A stretch of 64,000 nucleotides of DNA from Chrysomallon squamiferum (GCA_012295275.1 CM022667.1:10974001-11038000); one strand, 5' to 3'. Positions 15,370 through 30,090 are shown, counted from the first letter of the stretch. Notes: generated by a model from the sequence alone, not told the origin. Numbers and translations are program-made.

Positions 15370-15432
15370 GATCGAATTATTTTTATATTTGCGGATGTCT
15401 TTATATATATATATGGCGGAGTTTTCACATTA

Positions 15433-15504
<72 letters not shown>

Positions 15505-15538
15505 TTATGTGTTAATTAAAAGTTTTGTTTTTATCTAG

Positions 15539-15642
15539 GTGTGGGTGGAGGCGTTGCTGCAGATTTTCTACACGGTGGGGATGTGCTGGGGAGGCCTGAT
15601 TACAATGGCTAGCTACAACAGATTCAATAACAACTGCTTCAG
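15539..15642 (+). CDS. SLC6 transporter exon 6 (TM6)
   Basis: atctag| [36 protein letters not shown]|gtaaca; [11 protein letters not shown] resembles the GlyT/PROT amino-acid clade. Confidence 0.95.
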
Positions 15643-15758
15643 GTAACAGCAGCGACAACAACAGCAACAACAACAACAACAACAACAACAATAATAATAA
15701 CAATAATGATGATGACGATTAATAGTAATGAAACAAACACATAATAATGATGATGCTG

Positions 15759-15793
<35 letters not shown>

Positions 15794-16057
15794 AGCTACA
15801 ACAACAACAACAACAACAATAATAAAGCATTAAAATATAACAACATATATAACTTCTCTCTTGGACAAGAAAAAAAAAAAAAAAAAATCGCTTTCAAATC
15901 GCAAAAACAAAATGTATTCAGAATTTTCAGTATCTTTTTTTTATTTTTATTATTATTATTTTTTGAAAACAAGATATATTCTTTAAACAAATACTCATTA
16001 GATATTGAATTATATATGAAAATTTAAGGCCAGAATAAAACAATTTTTTGTTTTCAG

Positions 16058-16182
16058 GGATTCAATCTTCATTTGTCTGCTGGGGGAAGGGACGAGTTTT
16101 TTTGCCGGGTTTGCTGTGTTTTCTGTTCTTGGCTTCATGGCCGCACAAATGAACATACACGTGTCCGAAGTTGTTAAAGCAG
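16058..16182 (+). CDS. SLC6 transporter exon 7 (TM7)
   Basis: ttttcag| DSIFICLLGEGTSFFAGFAVFSVLGFMAAQMNIHVSEVVKA G|gtgagc. Confidence 0.95.
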
Positions 16183-16370
16183 GTGAGCATGCACGTGCAT
16201 GTACAATCAGAACATGCATATTCATACTTGTTCAAACGTAGCCACCCAAAAGACTCCGAACCAAGCAGAAACACGAACATATATAAATAGAGATATACAC
16301 ATATAATAAATAACAATGACTATGGATTTATTTATTATATAAAAGAAAATAACAACAAAAGTAACTTCAG

Positions 16371-16436
<66 letters not shown>

Positions 16437-16579
16437 TAAAAATACTTTTAATAATAATGATAATACTACAACAACAACAACAACAACAATTATTATAATA
16501 ACAAAATAAATAATATATTATAATAACTGGTACTAGTACTACTACAAATAATAATGATAATAATCTGTAATTTTTGTAG

Positions 16580-16692
16580 GTCCTGGCCTGGCATTTGTCG
16601 CTTACCCCGAAGCCTTGTCCCAACTTCCAATACCGCAGCTATGGGCAGTGATGTTTTTCCTAATGTTGCTCACCATAGGTCTAGACTCAGAG
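16580..16692 (+). CDS. SLC6 transporter exon 8 (EL4-TM8)
   Basis: ttgtag| [38 protein letters not shown]|gtgttt. Confidence 0.95.
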
Positions 16693-16797
16693 GTGTTTTT
16701 TCTTTACTTTCATTTTGAATAGACGAGAAGGTTCCTACACTGAGCAAAATAACTAAACATAAAGTTTATAAATATGAAAATAGTAAAAAGTTTAGTG

Positions 16798-16968
<171 letters not shown>

Positions 16969-17071
16969 AGGTTAAATACACAACGATACCAAGTCCATTT
17001 TGAATGTACACTGATATACTGGTGAATGTAGAAATATTGTGGTAATGTAGTTACATGTTTTATATTTACAG

Positions 17072-17203
17072 TTTGGTATGGTTGAGACGTTGGTGACGGC
17101 GTTGATCGACAGCTTCCCCCACGTCTTACTAAAGAAGAGGATGTTGACAACAGCATTAATCTGTAGTGTCTGTTTTCTTATAGGACTACCTCTGACTTTT
17201 CAG
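17072..17203 (+). CDS. SLC6 transporter exon 9 (TM8-TM9)
   Basis: ttacag| FGMVETLVTALIDSFPHVLLKKRMLTTALICSVCFLIGLPLTFQ|gtgcgt. Confidence 0.95.
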
Positions 17204-17230
17204 GTGCGTTCAGATAAATAAATAAGCAAA

Positions 17231-17293
<63 letters not shown>

Positions 17294-17764
17294 ATACAAC
17301 AAACAAATAAACAAAAACAAACAAACAAACAAAAGAACAAACAGATAAATAAATAAATAAATAAAAATAATTAAGAAAATAAATAAATGAAATTAATAAT
17401 AAAAACAAAAACAAATTAATTACATATTTAGATGGCTGGTCAAGTTTACGTACATTTATTACTTAGCCAAAAATCCACAACAGCCTGAGGCAACGTTTGA
17501 AACCCACCATTTTCTTGTTAATCAAATGGCATTAGTATATTCTGGCGCTATAGAAAATTAATTCATTATTACGAATTGTTTGGTTTGGTACCGGCAAATA
17601 ATTAATTATATTACGCATGCGCACCAGATTTGTTCAACTGTAACAAGCAATATTTTACAAAGTACTGTCAAAACAGGAATGACTACCGCTTTTGTTTTTC
17701 ACTGACACAAAGTTGTTTTGTGAGCTCATGCTAGGATCTCTGTTTATTTAAATTTATCTTGCAG

Positions 17765-17864
17765 GGGGGAGTGTACATATTTCAGCTGTTAGACTGGTAC
17801 GTGGCTGTCTTCAACCTGATGCTTGTTGGTCTCATAGAGTGTCTTGTTATAGGCTGGATATACG
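17765..17864 (+). CDS. SLC6 transporter exon 10 (TM10)
   Basis: ttgcag| GGVYIFQLLDWYVAVFNLMLVGLIECLVIGWIY G|gtaagg. Confidence 0.95.
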
Positions 17865-18013
17865 GTAAGGGCAGATCTAGTGGGGGTGAGTGCGTGCGTG
17901 TGGGGGTGAGTGTGTGTGTGTGTGCGTGGGGAAAGTGTAGCCGTAAGCAACGGGGCTCTCTTTAATAATTTAAAGAATTATACAGAGTCAAGCAACCAGA
18001 TACTTACACACCT

Positions 18014-18069
<56 letters not shown>

Positions 18070-18535
18070 GTGTGTGTGTGTTTAATTATTTGTAGGTTTC
18101 TGTGTGTATGTGTGTGTTTAGGTGTTTGGCGTTCCTTTTGTTAACCTTTTCACGTGTTGCGTCTGTCTTAACGATACTGACATTTTAGAAACAGTGCTAT
18201 CTGTTTGATTTCCATCATATTTCTGGCGAAAGAAAATTATTTAAATATGTTACCAAACAAGTCGACTTCAAACTTAAACAATTTCAGGAATTACTTGGTT
18301 TTTTTTTAAAGTTTTTATCTACTCTCTTTTTGTTCTTCTTTTTTCTTTTTTTTCTTATGCAGAAAAACATGACTATGCAAACAAAAAAAAAAAAACAAAA
18401 TATCCAAAATAAAGAAAAAAAAAACAAGAAAAGAAAAGTAAACAAATCAAATCAAAACAAAACAAACAACAAAAACCCCTCACGAAAATAAAAAAAAAAC
18501 ACTAAAAATAAAATAAAAGTCAAACACACATAGAG

Positions 18536-18585
<50 letters not shown>

Positions 18586-18742
18586 AAACAAATATAATTA
18601 AAAACGATAATTCTCAACATATAAAATTACCATCATTTCTTCTTCTTTGTATTTCTTTCTCAGCTGAATTTACAATTCTTCCTTCTCTCGTTAAACGTTC
18701 TGTCTTTCTGACCTGACGTTGACATTTTTAGTTTTTTTCCAG

Positions 18743-18843
18743 GGGCAGACCGTTTCGGTAACGACATTGAACTGATGTTAGGACGACAACCACCTTTTTT
18801 CATCAAAATTCTCTGGCGTTTTGTCTCTCCCGTCCTTCTACTG
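18743..18843 (+). CDS. SLC6 transporter exon 11 (TM11)
   Basis: ttccag| GADRFGNDIELMLGRQPPFFIKILWRFVSPVLLL|gtaagc. Confidence 0.95.
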
Positions 18844-18892
18844 GTAAGCTGAAAATTAATTAATCATCTGATTAGCGATAGAGTGATATCTC

Positions 18893-18992
<100 letters not shown>

Positions 18993-19298
18993 AGTTGTTT
19001 TAGTTTTCGGATGGTTTAGCGTTCACAAACTATAAACACTGGTATGTAAACTGAGTGTAAGCTGTATATGCTACATAAACTGATTCCATGTTTTAACGTA
19101 GATACATCACCTTCAGCTTCTCTCCTTACATTCGTAAATCGGAAACACTTCTCATCTATTCATTTCGAATAAGGAATAACTTGCGTGCATTATTATTTCA
19201 ACATGAAGTCTACAAAATTAAGTAAAATAAATACAGCTTATTAACACATTTAGATTTAATTATTTAAACTTGGATTGTCTGTTCTGTTTTCTTGACAG

Positions 19299-19466
19299 TT
19301 CGGAATGGTGATCACTGCAATAAACTACAAACCCCCCACGTACGGGGATTACCACTACCCCGGGTATGCAGCCATTATAGGGTGGAGCTTTGCTTTGCTA
19401 CCCATAGTGCCCGTCCCTGTGTGTATGTATCTCGAGCTGAAGAAGACGAAGGGGACGATTCGACAG
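19299..19466 (+). CDS. SLC6 transporter exon 12 (TM12)
   Basis: tgacag| FGMVITAINYKPPTYGDYHYPGYAAIIGWSFALLPIVPVPVCMYLELKKTKGTIRQ|gtaatg. Confidence 0.93.
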
Positions 19467-20173
19467 GTAATGTTATTTTGTTTATAAAATTATTTTTTTT
19501 TAATTATTATTTATGTAAAATAATTGATTTAGAACGAAAACGAAACTGCTATCACTCGTTATCTGTTTTAATAGAAATATTGTGTTTAATTAATAAAACA
19601 GTTTTGAAGACGATGTCTCGAAAATTATTATGTTTTTATCCGTTGTTTTTTTTTTTGTCTCTCTACAGTAATTACTATTACTACTACCACCACTACTACT
19701 ACTACTTTAACTGCAACTAATTTTACTTCTACTGTTAACAGTATTACTACAGCTTTACTGCTACTACTACCAGTATTACTACAACTATGGCCACAACAAC
19801 CACTACTACCACTACTAGTACTACTTGTACCGCCACTACTACTACTACTGCTACTACTACTACTGCTACTGCTACAACTAGTACCACTACCAGTGCTATT
19901 ACTACTACTACCTCTTCTACTGCTAATATTACTACTGCTGCTACAACTTCAAAAAACAACAACTACTACTGCTACTACTACAGTTACTACTACTACTACC
20001 ACTATTACCGCCATTACTACAGCTGCTGTTGCTGATAATACTACTAATCCATTACTACTACTGCTAGTACTGCTACAACGATTACAAATACAATAAGAAC
20101 TACTACTACTACTGCTGCTGCTACTACTATTACTACTACTATTACTGCTATCATTATCTGTTTTAATTTTCAG

Positions 20174-20254
20174 AGATTAAAAATGGCGACGTCTCCAGAT
20201 AAAAACTGGTTCCCAAAATGCCCAGACGCTAGAGAGAAATATATTAACCAATGA
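20174..20254 (+). CDS. SLC6 transporter exon 13 (C-terminus, stop)
   Basis: ttttcag| RLKMATSPDKNWFPKCPDAREKYINQ*, with the typical RL..xxP..xW.P tail. The joined CDS is 1896 nt (1b) or 1827 nt (1a), both divisible by 3. Confidence 0.88.
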   Translation, partial: RLKMATSPDKNWFPKCPDAREKYINQ

Positions 20255-20320
20255 CGAATATTTCTTTTATTTTCTGAACCTTTTAAACTTGTAATTTTAA
20301 TATATATATAAGCTGATGGA

Positions 20321-20326
20321 AATAAA
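20321..20326 (+). terminator. candidate polyadenylation signal of the SLC6 gene
   Basis: First AATAAA, about 65 nt after the stop. The context is AT-rich, so specificity is low. Confidence 0.35.
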
Positions 20327-20714
20327 ACACTAAAGTTGATAATCTAACTATGCAAAAATCTTCGATGAAGAAATACCTCAAGCTATATTATATATATTTT
20401 ACGGGATGTTAAAAATATAAATATTTATGATAATGCAGAACAAATAAATAATATGCTGTCCAAAAAAAATAAATAAAAAAAAAAATTAAAATAATATAAA
20501 AATAAAAAAATAAATAATAATAATAAAAAATCCTTTCTAAGTATATATGTGGTATAAATAAGGGTTGAAATAAAACTATATATACACACACACACATACA
20601 CACACACACACACATACATACAAATAAATACTCAGTTAATGTAGACTTTGTACAACCGTCCAACTCGGTTTGTGATTATAGAAATTAGTGCAGTAAATGC
20701 TCATTAAATGCAAA

Positions 20715-20766
<52 letters not shown>

Positions 20767-21718
20767 AAAAAAATAAATAAATGAAAAGGTGTAATTTTTG
20801 GAGAATTTAGAATATTTTCAGCAAATATATTTATTAAAATAATTTAAGAAGGTAAAAAAAAAAAATAATAATACGTTTGCTAAAAAAACATCAACATTCG
20901 TTATAACCTTTCACCAGTTACTGTAGTTTGCACAATAATTTTTTATTCGTTATAAATTTTGTACCGTGGTTATTCGTTTAGATGTCAGTTTACAACCTGT
21001 TTATACCACATAGTGTCCATGTTTTTGGTTACCTTGACACATAAGTTACACTTTTTCATAAACTATTAATAATGATATATATATATATAACAAATATTCT
21101 TATTATATCAGAAGATGCTCAAGTTTGGGTATCACGCCCCATGGTGAAGAACCATCACTTATCTTAAACACCATTGGTTCATTTGATGTTACGTCATAAA
21201 GAAAATAATGACGTAAATTGCATACATATACAGCTACATATCGTAGATTGTTTTATATCTCAAAATTACATGTTATATTTCTTCTTACTTTTTATTTATC
21301 TCGTCAAAATCACAAACAAATGTGTGTTCAAAATTTTATTATTAAAATGTTCTATTTTGTTTCGTTTTATTTTATTTCTGTTCAGTTTTATATGACGTAA
21401 CTATCCAAACTACTGTGTGACCAAAGAGAATACAAACACACGAACATATAATTTAGGTGTATGTGTGTGTGTACGTGTATCCTACTACTGATAATAATTG
21501 GAATCAATTGTATTTAGTTAAAAGAATGCCCTCTTTCGTGAGGCATTTTCTTGATTTTCCGTTCCAACCAGCATCTCAAGGACGTGATTATCAATTTATC
21601 AATATAAAAAGTAAATATAAAATATTCACTTCTTGAATATGCAAAAACCATGATAGCTAATTACTGTTGCTCGTAAATGCATATCGGTGTTTTCATCTGT
21701 TCATCCATTTTGTACTAA

Positions 21719-21783
<65 letters not shown>

Positions 21784-21785
21784 CT

Positions 21786-21841
<56 letters not shown>

Positions 21842-22437
21842 TCTATCATCTTCTGTGTGTCTGCGTTCTCTCTGTCTGTTTGTCTGTCTTTCTAACTATC
21901 TATCTTTGCGTGTGTGTGTGCAATATTAATAATATAAATGCAAAAGAAATAACAAACCATTTTACTTTCTTTCAATATCAATTCATTTATTTTTTATTGC
22001 TCTTATTTCATCAAGTACATTATATATACAACAATAAATTAGAGCTAACAGCAACGAACGAAACTCTTAAACATACCCTGACGCATAAGTTACACTTTTT
22101 CGTGTTAACTATTAATAAAGATGTATATAACAAATAATCGAATTTGATCTGAAACAACGTTGCTATTTCTATCATTTCAGAAAAAAAATATGAAAATGAT
22201 TTTCATAATATTTTATAAGTACTGTCTTTGAAAACTAAGATACTAATGGAAGCTTTGATCCGAGTGATTATTTGGCAAGACGGGCGTTTAAAAAATCGCT
22301 CGCCTTTCGAAACGAAAACTGAGATTTTAAAATTTCTCAGCGATTTTGTGTTTTTAGTTGTTGTTTTGTTTTTAAAAAGACAGTAACTGATAAAATATAA
22401 TATACAATGATGAAGATGACGATGATCGTAATAATAG

Positions 22438-22512
<75 letters not shown>

Positions 22513-22808
22513 TAACAGTAACAATAACAATAATAATTATGATGATGATAATAATGGTAAAATAATAATGATAAAGACGGTGATGATGATGATGATAATA
22601 ATAATAATCAACTACTAAATTATAAATAACGATTAAGTGATAAAGCCATTTCTGTGTATTAATATCTTATAATGCCATTACATTACATATCTTAAAATGC
22701 CATTACATTACATATCTTAAGCATAACTGAATTATTTATAAACAAAAATAAATAAATAAAATCAGTAACGAAAGAATGAAAGGGAAGAATTTAAAAGAAT
22801 GAATACTG

Positions 22809-22875
<67 letters not shown>

Positions 22876-22895
22876 TGCGTGTGTGTGTTTGTATA

Positions 22896-22929
<34 letters not shown>

Positions 22930-23763
22930 CTGACACACACATGTATGTGATTTAGTGTTACATTATGATATATAAATATGATTATAGTACAAACAAATAA
23001 TACTGCAATTTCAACTAAATAACAATATAAGCAATACCTCAGATTTTCATATCGTTACATTAGACATAAAACGTCAAACGAACATTTCATGAACACATGA
23101 ATGATACACAGACACACCCACATACACGTGTATACACGCACGTACACACCTCAGTGGTATCACAGTTTATTGCATTTTATATTTCTTCGCGCCTTTTTGT
23201 ACTGTTTCACAAAGCTCTTTTGTTCTATCCTTTGTATTGCTTATTGTACATATTCAAGGTTCCGTGTTCAAATCTCTCTGAAGATTTTTCATTTAATATA
23301 CTTTTTTTTTTTTTTTTCTTTAGTTTTCCTCGAGGGAATGTAACTAAAAAACATTTATATTGCTAATATATAATAATATTTTCATTTTCAAAAATATTTA
23401 GGTAAAAAGGAAGGATTTTCATATTTTATTTTTGAAATAGTTTTCAATAACCGCCTTTCATATGTACGGAATAATACACGTCATGTATAAGTATGATGTC
23501 ACAAATCCAATAACAGCCAATGGAAGACTTTTCTTTTGGTGACGTTTACAGTCAGTGTCTTTTGAATGAATTAAAATGTATCTGTTTGTCATATTACGTC
23601 ACACACTAACATATCACGTAATATCTTTTCCAATTCATTAATGACTGAAAACCTTTTCTGAGACAAATTGTTATTTTTTTTTCATGGTCCTGTATGACGT
23701 CATTGCAATGAGGACCATTGTTTTCTGAAAACTTTTGTCCGTATGTGATGACGTAATAGTAGG

Positions 23764-23892
23764 TCATACATGAATATAGGACACGAAACCGATGACAGCC
23801 ATTGCAAGTCCGAAAAGAGTCATTAGCATCATAAGCGTCCGTCGCGTCCAGCTCTTTGTTACGTGTCTGGGATGTGACAACTGGACGGCTTC
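23764..23892 (-). CDS. small single-pass (tail-anchored-like) protein, last coding exon
   Basis: ttccag| EAVQLSHPRHVTKSWTRRTLMMLMTLFGLAMAVIGFVSYIHV*; phase 0 matches the upstream exon; hydrophobic helix at the extreme C-terminus. Confidence 0.75.
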   Translation of the reverse strand, partial: EAVQLSHPRHVTKSWTRRTLMMLMTLFGLAMAVIGFVSYIHV

Positions 23893-24607
23893 CTGGAACG
23901 ACAGAAAAAACAAAACAAATATTAATATTATTAAATAATAAAAAATAACAAACAGAGAAAACGGTTTAGCTATCACTGTTGTTATAAATTATTTCCTTAT
24001 ATTTATGACAAAAATATTCATTGCTGATAAATAATTCTGAATTATAGTAGAAACGAAAAATAGTAAATCAGTGATAGTAAAAAGACATGAAATTATAACA
24101 GTGGTAAATATATTACAGAGATACAGTAATGGGATTAACAGCTGAACCAACAGGATCAAAAGTAGTAACTGTATCATTAGCAATAAGTGAAGAGTTGGTA
24201 TTAATAATTAAAATGGAAATCATGCAAGTCATAGCAGTAATAGTAATAATATCAGTTATAGCATCAGCAGTAGTAGTAGTTTTAAAAGCAATGGTGGCAA
24301 TAATACTTGTAATAATACTAACAGTAACATCAGAATTAGTATTACTATAGGAACAATATTAATATTAGCTGGTAGTAGCTGTAGTAGTGGTGGTGGTAGT
24401 AGTAGCAACAGCAGTAATAATAGTGGTAATATTTATTCTTGCAGTATGGTAGAGATAATGGTAGTAATAGTATTAGTGGTGATTAGAGTATTAGTAATAA
24501 CATAATCGGTAGTTAAGTAGTATATAATTTCATTCTGATAGATTAAAAACATGTTTAAAAACTGTAAAACAAAGAAGGATAACAAAATAAAAAACAAAAA
24601 AATTCAC

Positions 24608-24844
24608 CTCGTCTGTTTGTTCTGGATCTGACGATGAGGGAAAATCAGCAAGGACAAGCAGTGGACTTCCTGTCCGAGCAAATCTCGCTGGATCATACAC
24701 CGGAAGTGACGCAGTAATCATTTCTTCTTCGCTGTGAGTCAAGTAGGCTCCCTTTGACCAGGCCGGAAGTGTGGAAGCCATTTCTGATTGGTCGAAGTCC
24801 TCCATCAACAGAATGGAAGACTGCTGTGATTTTGTTTGGGTCAT
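24608..24844 (-). CDS. small single-pass protein, first coding exon (121 aa in total, family not recognised)
   Basis: Acceptor tttttcag at 24860-24858; ATG at 24844 reads MTQTKSQQSSILLMEDFDQSEMASTLPAWSKGAY...LPVYDPARF...DPEQTDE|gtgaat. High-complexity island among microsatellites. Confidence 0.72.
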
Positions 24845-24865
24845 CGTCGTAAATATTCTGAAAAA

Positions 24866-24901
<36 letters not shown>

Positions 24902-25885
24902 AATGATGATGATGATGATGATGATGATGATAATAATAACAGTAACGTAATATAACAACATCAACAATAATAACTAATAATAATGATGATAATAACCATA
25001 ATAATCACAAAACGAGAAGAAGAAGAAGAAGAAGAAGAAGAAGAAGAAGAAGAAGAAGAAGAAGAAGAAGAAGAAGAAGAAGAAGAAGAAAGAGACGAAT
25101 GAAAATAATTAAAATAAATATATAAATAAATAATTTTAAAAAAAGAAACGAATACAGTTAAAAATAAATGGTAGTTTTAACCTACTATTTAGATTTTTTT
25201 TTTTCTTAACGTCAGTACAACCTTGGACCTATCACACAGTACTGAACTATTCTGTTGTCTCCATGTATCAAGAAATGATGACGACTTTACCATTGACCCA
25301 CAGTGCTCTCACTTTTCTGTTTAATGTTATAACGACAGCTCTATAAATCAAGGACATTTGAATTTGGCAGAAAACCACATCAACCTCTGAGCAGCACATA
25401 CGTATTAATTCTAGCCACGTCATTCGATAAACGCCGTGAAAAAACCAATTGTGGAATCTTTCATTAGACCCCCCCCTCCATCTTTCTTTTGAGGATTACC
25501 TATTAAATCAATCTGTCGGTTCGTATTGTTTATTTCCAATATCCTTTCTGACGTTAAATGGATATTATTTCGTCATACATCCGAAATTTCGTATCTGTGT
25601 TAAGAATATGAAGTATTGTAGAGGATGATGACAAATATCACTTCTGTTTGACGTCGTCAAAAGATGAAATATTGAGCGGTTTAAGATAATCTTCGGCAGC
25701 CATTTGAAAATTTTTATGAACACACAAGAAAACCAGATTCTCGCCAGATTAGGATTATCCTTAAGCTCTTAAAGAAATCTCTTTTAACAGCTTCTATAGT
25801 GGATTCTGTCAAATAATTCTTTTTCTATCTTTTAATTTTTTTTAACCTTCCTTCCTTTCTGTCGCATTTCTTACTATCTCTCCAA

Positions 25886-26032
<147 letters not shown>

Positions 26033-26416
26033 TTTTCGTCTTCTCTTAATGCCAATTGTCACATTCTCTCGGATGAAGCCGAGTTGGCGAGAATTAGCGA
26101 GTAATCGTTGCAGGCGAACATCAAACAAGTCAAACGGTTCGGCCACGCCAGACAATGGCTGCCTTGACAAAACGTATCCTTGACTTCCGAAGTTGTCACG
26201 GTTATACGTTATTCACGGAAACACATTGGGTGCTGAGGAAATACCGGCAAGTTCCAACTGCTGACAAAGAAACCTAATGAACTTTGTTTCTTTTCTCTGT
26301 TTGAACAAATCATGTGCTGCGAAACAGCTACTTTATTTAATCTGATTTATTTTATTTTATTTTATTTTATTTATTGTTTAATAATTATTTTTTTTTGTTG
26401 AGTGATTGTTGCAAAA

Positions 26417-26447
<31 letters not shown>

Positions 26448-27282
26448 TAAAAATAAAAATAAAAATAAAAATAAAAGTAAAAATAAAATAAAATAAATAA
26501 AAATTCTCCTTTACAATAAAATAAAATAAATATAATAATAATAAATAAAAAACAAAAAATAATAATAATAAATAAAAAATAAAAATAATAATAATAATAA
26601 TAATAAAATAAAAAAAAAAAAAAAAAAAAAAAAAATTACAGGGCAATAATTGGTATCGTCCATTAAACTTAACGCCATTATTTAATAAAACAAACATACG
26701 GTCAGCACAGCCTACTTGAACCCTTTAATATCACAAACAGCCATGCACACAAACACACTCACATATCCACCTCCTCCCCCCCCCACATACCCAAAACAAA
26801 TTAAACGGAAAATAATTTCTTCTACTCATAGAATTCTTTCAAGCAGCGGAACACCAATCGAACGCGTCCCGGTCAATGCACTGGTATTTATCATAGGAAA
26901 CGCTTGGCACTGACGCGCTACTCGGTACAGTCTACGGCCTTGTTAATACAAACTAAATCCTCTTTTTGTTTTGTTTTCTCTTATTTTTACTTGATTGCCA
27001 AGAGATCTCCCATTGTTTTTATCGATCTCCGCCAAACAGAAAGTGTTAAAAATGTAACTAATCCAAAGACCTTGTGGATTTCCCCCCGATTCCCACAGAT
27101 AAAGATTTCGAGTACTCGTCAAGTTGTCGTTATGTGTACCTGACGTCTGCTTGTCTGTGACCTTCGCAGCTGATGTTGTAATTATTATTCATCGATGCAA
27201 TATTGACATGAAGTTAAATGTGTTTGTTTTAATCCAATCATCGTTACACAGTGAGTGGGGAAAATAAAGAAAAATATATGAG

Positions 27283-27343
<61 letters not shown>

Positions 27344-27636
27344 TTACAGTAATATCAGCTTCTCTTTATTTTTTTAAACTACAAAATTAATTTATAATAT
27401 CATAAATTAAAATAATATTGATTACTATAATTGTTAATATCAAATTTCTTTCGTCTTTATTTATTTAATTTTTTCACATTGCTCTAAAGGGAATTATTAA
27501 CAGAATATAATTCCTGTTATTTTTCTAATCCAATTCTTATTTTAGAAATAACATGTGGAAACGTCCAAAAATTTCTTCTCCACTCAAAATTATATATATA
27601 TATAATTGGACCAGTTTCCATAACTACATACACACA

Positions 27637-27711
<75 letters not shown>

Positions 27712-27832
27712 ACATATGTATATATATATTCAACTGTCTACATTCCATCACAAAGGAACAAAAGACGTCTGTGGAAGACTGTCGGGTTGAGATGGTGGGC
27801 AGCGCAGAGAAGGAAGAACAAAACTATTTTGT

Positions 27833-27922
<90 letters not shown>

Positions 27923-29408
27923 TATCTTTTTTTTTATGTGTCTCTCAATGACTTTTCTCCTTATTTTCTCTTTCTCTTTCTCTCTCTCTCTGTCTTTTTC
28001 TTATTTTACTTTCTCTCTTTATTTTTCCCTCTCTCTTTCTCTTTTCACTCATTCTCTCTCGCACCTTTCCCTCTCCTTTAGTCTGTTTATTATTTGATCT
28101 AACCCTTCTCTTTCTCCCTCGTACATTCTTATATATTCATTTGTACATCTATAATTCTAACTCTCATACTTACACACATTTGTTTATGTATATATCTCCC
28201 ATTATTATACATCTTGCTAGCTGTGTGTCTGTCACATGCAAAAATATTCATTTATACATACATTTATAATCATAATTATACATTCATCTATCTATCTATC
28301 TATCTATTTGTTTATATATATATAAACGTATGTATCTATGTGTGTATCTATATGTCTATATATTTCTTAGGATTGCATCAATGTATATACATTTACCAAC
28401 CCCAAATTTTGCATCCTTATTTCTTGAATTTTCCCTAGTTATGTGAAATGATCATTCATTTATTGGTGACTTTTTTATTTATTTGTTTTTTTTTAAAATA
28501 AGCTATTACCAATCGACAAATCTATGTCATGGAATAACTACATCCACTTTCTATTCTCACATCATCGTTTTTCCCACAAACTCAGCTTGAAAATAATTAA
28601 AATAAATCTTACTGAAGTTTTCAAAATCCTTCACCTATTCATACACGCTCTAGTTAGTTTGCGCGTTCAACGGGCCAGCACTGTTAAGTCAGCAATTGTA
28701 AGAGATCTGATAACAAAGTCGTGACGTACTGACTAGGGAAATCCCTGCTTGATTTATCTCACAGAGTCAGACGTATTCTGGATGACAAATACTTCCTTGT
28801 GACGTAAAGAAATTCGGACAGGGAGTGTCTGTGTTTGCGTGCGTGTGTTTTGATAGATAGATATATATATATTAAAATGATTTGGTAAACAAGTATGTTT
28901 GTATTATTAATTATTCTGTTTATTTGGTTGTGCGTTGTGACTGGCATGTAATGCATATATGGATGTATGTATGTGTGCATTTTTGTATTTATGTGTTTGT
29001 ATGTATGAATGTGTATATGGTATATGTGTTTGTATGTATGTATGTATGTATGTATGTATGTATGTATGTATGTATGTATGTATGTATGTATGTATGTATG
29101 TATGTATGTATATATATGTATCTATGTATGTATATATGTATGGATGTATGTATGTATGTATGTATGTAAGTATATGTATTTCTTGATCTGTCTTTCAGTT
29201 TGCCGTTTTATCTCATTCACCCTATCTGTTTGACTGTCTGTCTGTCTATCTGTCTTTTTGTCTTTCTGTCTCTCTGTCTGTCCATCTGGGTGTCTGCCTG
29301 TCTGTCTTTCATTCTCATTTATTTTTCTCTCTCTCTCTTTCTCGTTCTCTCATTCACTATCGGTCTCTCTCTTTCTTTTCCTTTCTGTCTTCTGTACGTA
29401 CGTATGCA

Positions 29409-29459
<51 letters not shown>

Positions 29460-29822
29460 ATTTTTTCATGTCTATATCTATTATGTATGTATGCTGGTAT
29501 GTATATATGTATTATGTATTTTTGTATTTTTATATGTAATTAGGTATGTATGTGTACATGTTTATATATGTATGTGTATATGTAATGTGAAAGCATATGA
29601 TTACTGAGTTGTTATAATAATAATAATAATAACAGTAACATGGTATAAGAGGAATAACAACAGAAACAATAGTGATCATAATAACAACAAAACAACAACA
29701 GTAATGATACTACTACTACTACTAATAATAATAATAATAGTAATAATAATAACAATAAGAAGAAGAAGAAGAAGAAGAAGAAAAGAAGAAGAAAAGACAA
29801 CGACAATAGTAATACAACTAAC

Positions 29823-30090
29823 CTTATTAAAGAAATTCAAATGGACTTCTAAATCTGATAACGTCGCTGCAGTTTCTGCTTTTCTGTAACAAACAACCGC
29901 TTTTCTTCCTGATAACTGAAACACCTGGGAACTTTGAGTCGTGGCCTCCGATTCAGACTGTTTGAAGAGTTACTCTGATTGTCCAGGTATTTAATTCCCA
30001 ACGTGAGAGAGAAAGCAAAACAATGAAACACGTGACAAACGAAACTGAATCCGCAAACACTCGTGAAAACCCGTGACGTATGCGCGTATC
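29823..30090 (-). promoter_or_regulatory. candidate promoter + non-coding first exon of the - strand small membrane protein gene
   Basis: On the - strand, TTAAATA (about 29990) is followed about 30 nt later by an Inr-like CAGT, with a strong donor AAG|gttagt at 29823/29822. E-box CACGTG (29 nt after 30000) and TGACGTA (about 30074) lie just upstream. Link to the gene is inferred. Confidence 0.4.

Noticed and set aside
20252-20311. Stop-codon readthrough or selenocysteine at the SLC6 TGA-C
   Set aside because: The context is TGA CGA, not the TGA CTA G motif; the extension is short AT-rich sequence; no SECIS-like hairpin was seen.
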